From Chloroflexota bacterium (GTDB lineage: Bacteria > Chloroflexota > Limnocylindria > Limnocylindrales > CSP1-4), in the NCBI GenBank assembly GCA_029240655.1, contig JARDZW010000001.1:1-54526 (forward strand): a DNA stretch of 54,526 nucleotides, read 5' to 3'. The notes beneath the pieces were generated by a model. It had not been told where the DNA came from. It saw only the letters and a program-made list of their open reading frames with translations, and searched no databases. Position numbers and translations under genes: made by a program. Below, one piece after another: positions 53,063-54,526 of the stretch. How positions within the stretch are numbered: position 1 is the stretch's first letter; the number at the start of each line of letters is the position of its first letter.

Positions 53063-54526
53063 ACGGCCGACCCCTGACGGAAGCCCAGATCTCCCGGGCG
53101 CTGCGAGCCCACCTGCCGAAGCAGGCGCAAGCCGGCCTCCATGAGCGCATCCTGGTCGCCGTCGATACCACGGCTCAGCAGCGCGCGCTGCCGTCCTGGC
53201 TCGGCCTGCTACAGGACGCCAACCCCGACGCCCGCCGACGGAACCTGCTGGTTGCGGCCGCGCTCCTGATCGCGCTTGCCATCGCGGCAGCGGCGGCCGT
53301 CGGCACATGGCTCCCCAAACGAGATGTGGTGCCGGACCTCTCGCTCTTGCCGCCGGCCGAGATCCAGCCCTTGCCGAACCCGAGCCTCACGGCGCCGTCA
53401 GCTCGGCCGACTGCTTCCGCCGTCACGACTCCAGGCGGCATCTGGATCCCCACGGGGACGATGGGCACGCCCCGAGATGGTCACGCCGCGGTCCGGCTCC
53501 TTGATGGCCGGGTGCTCGTCGTCGGCTCCGAAGATGAAAACGACACCACCGCGGAGTTGTACGACCCCGACAACGGGATCTGGTCCCCCACCGGGAACAT
53601 GCTCAGACCCCACCAGGGCTTTCCGGCCACGCTGCTGAGCGACGGTAGGGTGCTCGTGGGGGACATTGACGACCCGGCCGCGGACGACCAGGTGAGCGGC
53701 GCAGAGCTGTACGACCCGGCCAGCGGGACCTGGACTGCCACGGGGAAGATGGTCTGGGGCGGTGGCGCCACGGCTACTCTGCTTCGCGACGGCACTGTGC
53801 TCGTGACAGGCATCGACGGCGCCGAGCTGTACGACCCCGACAGCGGGACCTGGATCGCCACAGGGAAGATGATCAACCCACGATACGGCCATGTGACCAT
53901 CCTGCTGCCCGATGGCAACGTGCTCGTTGCTGGTGGCTACGCTCCAGGCGACCAGGCGACCGACTCGGCCGAGCTGTACGATCCGGACACCGGAACGTGG
54001 ACCGCGATCGCGGACATGCAGGCCCCGCGCGCGGGCGAGGCCATCGAAGCCTTCCCGCAGCCCGATGGCAAGGTGCTCGTGGTTGGGTCCTCTCGGGGCG
54101 ACCCGCAGTCCGCTGAGCTGTATGACTCCGCCACCGGAACCTGGTCCGCCACCACGGACATGATCAGGCCGGGCGCGGGCTACAGATCGCTGACACCGTT
54201 GTCGGATGGCAGGGTCCTGGTACGTTTGATCGAGCCAGACGGCACGCGGCCGACGGCAATCGAGCTGTACGACCCGGGCACCCGATCCTGGACCACCGCC
54301 GCGCCCATGCTCCAATCGCACGAATCTCCGGCCACGCTGCTGCTCGATGGCACGGTCCTGGTGGCAGGTGGCCGTGACTGCCGGGACGGTGTGTGTATCG
54401 CCACGCGCTCGTCGGAGCTGTACGTCCCTGCCGGCGTGTCGCCGCCACCGATGCCGGCGTTCCCGAGCCCGCCTCCGCCAGTCATCCCGACCCCGACCCC
54501 GCGTCCGACCCCCTACCCGCCCGCGG
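53059..54526 (+). CDS. Membrane-anchored Kelch-repeat beta-propeller protein in the anti-sigma position (3' end outside window)
   Basis: Not in the ORF track because no stop falls in the window. I translated 53059-53760 by hand with no stop and read the downstream repeats in the same frame to the window end. ATG 53059 overlaps the sigma stop (ATGA). About 60 cytoplasmic aa, TM 'LLVAAALLIALAIAAAAAV', then at least 6 repeats of 'AELYDP..G.W..TG.M', then a Pro-rich tail. Confidence 0.8.
   Translation, partial: MNGRPLTEAQISRALRAHLPKQAQAGLHERILVAVDTTAQQRALPSWLGLLQDANPDARRRNLLVAAALLIALAIAAAAAVGTWLPKRDVVPDLSLLPPAEIQPLPNPSLTAPSARPTASAVTTPGGIWIPTGTMGTPRDGHAAVRLLDGRVLVVGSEDENDTTAELYDPDNGIWSPTGNMLRPHQGFPATLLSDGRVLVGDIDDPAADDQVSGAELYDPASGTWTATGKMVWGGGATATLLRDGTVLVTGIDGAELYDPDSGTWIATGKMINPRYGHVTILLPDGNVLVAGGYAPGDQATDSAELYDPDTGTWTAIADMQAPRAGEAIEAFPQPDGKVLVVGSSRGDPQSAELYDSATGTWSATTDMIRPGAGYRSLTPLSDGRVLVRLIEPDGTRPTAIELYDPGTRSWTTAAPMLQSHESPATLLLDGTVLVAGGRDCRDGVCIATRSSELYVPAGVSPPPMPAFPSPPPPVIPTPTPRPTPYPPA

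Noticed and set aside
53398-54321. 307-aa minus-strand ORF at the 3' end of the window
   Set aside because: It is antisense to the Kelch-repeat frame, which has a coherent repeat structure, a TM helix and translational coupling to the sigma gene. The minus-strand translation is low-complexity Gly/Arg/Pro.
53540-54430. Periodic DNA repeat (gagctgtacgacc every ~120-150 bp) that could be mistaken for a CRISPR-like array
   Set aside because: The spacing is irregular, the repeats are short and in frame, and they encode the 'ELYDP' strand of successive Kelch blades. No cas genes or leader are present.
1-54526. Defence island, prophage, integrative element or biosynthetic gene cluster
   Set aside because: No nuclease/helicase/ATPase defence signatures, integrase, transposase, phage structural genes, PKS/NRPS or flanking tRNA/direct repeats were seen. 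The window reads as core chromosome, with only the 40.4-42.1 kb patch looking mildly atypical.

Overview
54.5-kb chromosomal segment, very GC-rich (about 70% by eye, not computed) and densely coding on both strands, with roughly 60 CDS. I recognise no rRNA, tRNA, CRISPR array, transposase, integrase or phage gene. Content in order: (1) a sulfur-trafficking locus: the end of sufS, an opposite-strand orphan gene, sufU, then four translationally coupled genes for the CysO-thiocarboxylate cysteine pathway (rhodanese-MoeB fusion, cysO, cysM, mec). (2) A seven-gene minus-strand operon: KamB/NpmA-like 16S rRNA methyltransferase, divergent shikimate-kinase paralogue, nucleoside hydrolase, and a dedicated ECF transporter in S-T-A-A' order. 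(3) purK-purE. (4) A DUF6498-like membrane protein and a signal-less HtrA-like protease, divergent from an HxlR regulator across a perfect palindrome. (5) An ftsZ outside any dcw context with an apparent N-terminal membrane anchor, then a small membrane protein and a NUDIX hydrolase. (6) Aldehyde dehydrogenase, a polytopic GGDEF-EAL protein, ppgK, an SDR and an ankyrin protein. (7) A five-GAF hybrid kinase, REC-cyclase and Hpt phosphorelay operon. (8) A GlnA-like ligase plus APC permease. (9) A PadR, Rieske and membrane-protein operon. (10) An aspartase/fumarase-family lyase, alpha/beta hydrolase, EthD, and a slightly lower-GC patch of orphan genes plus an AlkD-like repair protein. (11) A phenylacetate (paa) cluster: paaF, unknown gene, paaG, paaR, paaABCD, paaH, paaJ, with no paaE. 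(12) A lipoprotein, an ECF sigma factor and a membrane-anchored Kelch-repeat protein that runs off the 3' end and is absent from the ORF track. Many long track ORFs are antisense or out-of-frame shadows typical of high-GC DNA, and several true starts are internal to the listed ORFs. A recurring TANNNT-N6-start pattern suggests that many transcripts are leaderless. All functional calls rest on motif recognition by eye; no database search was possible.
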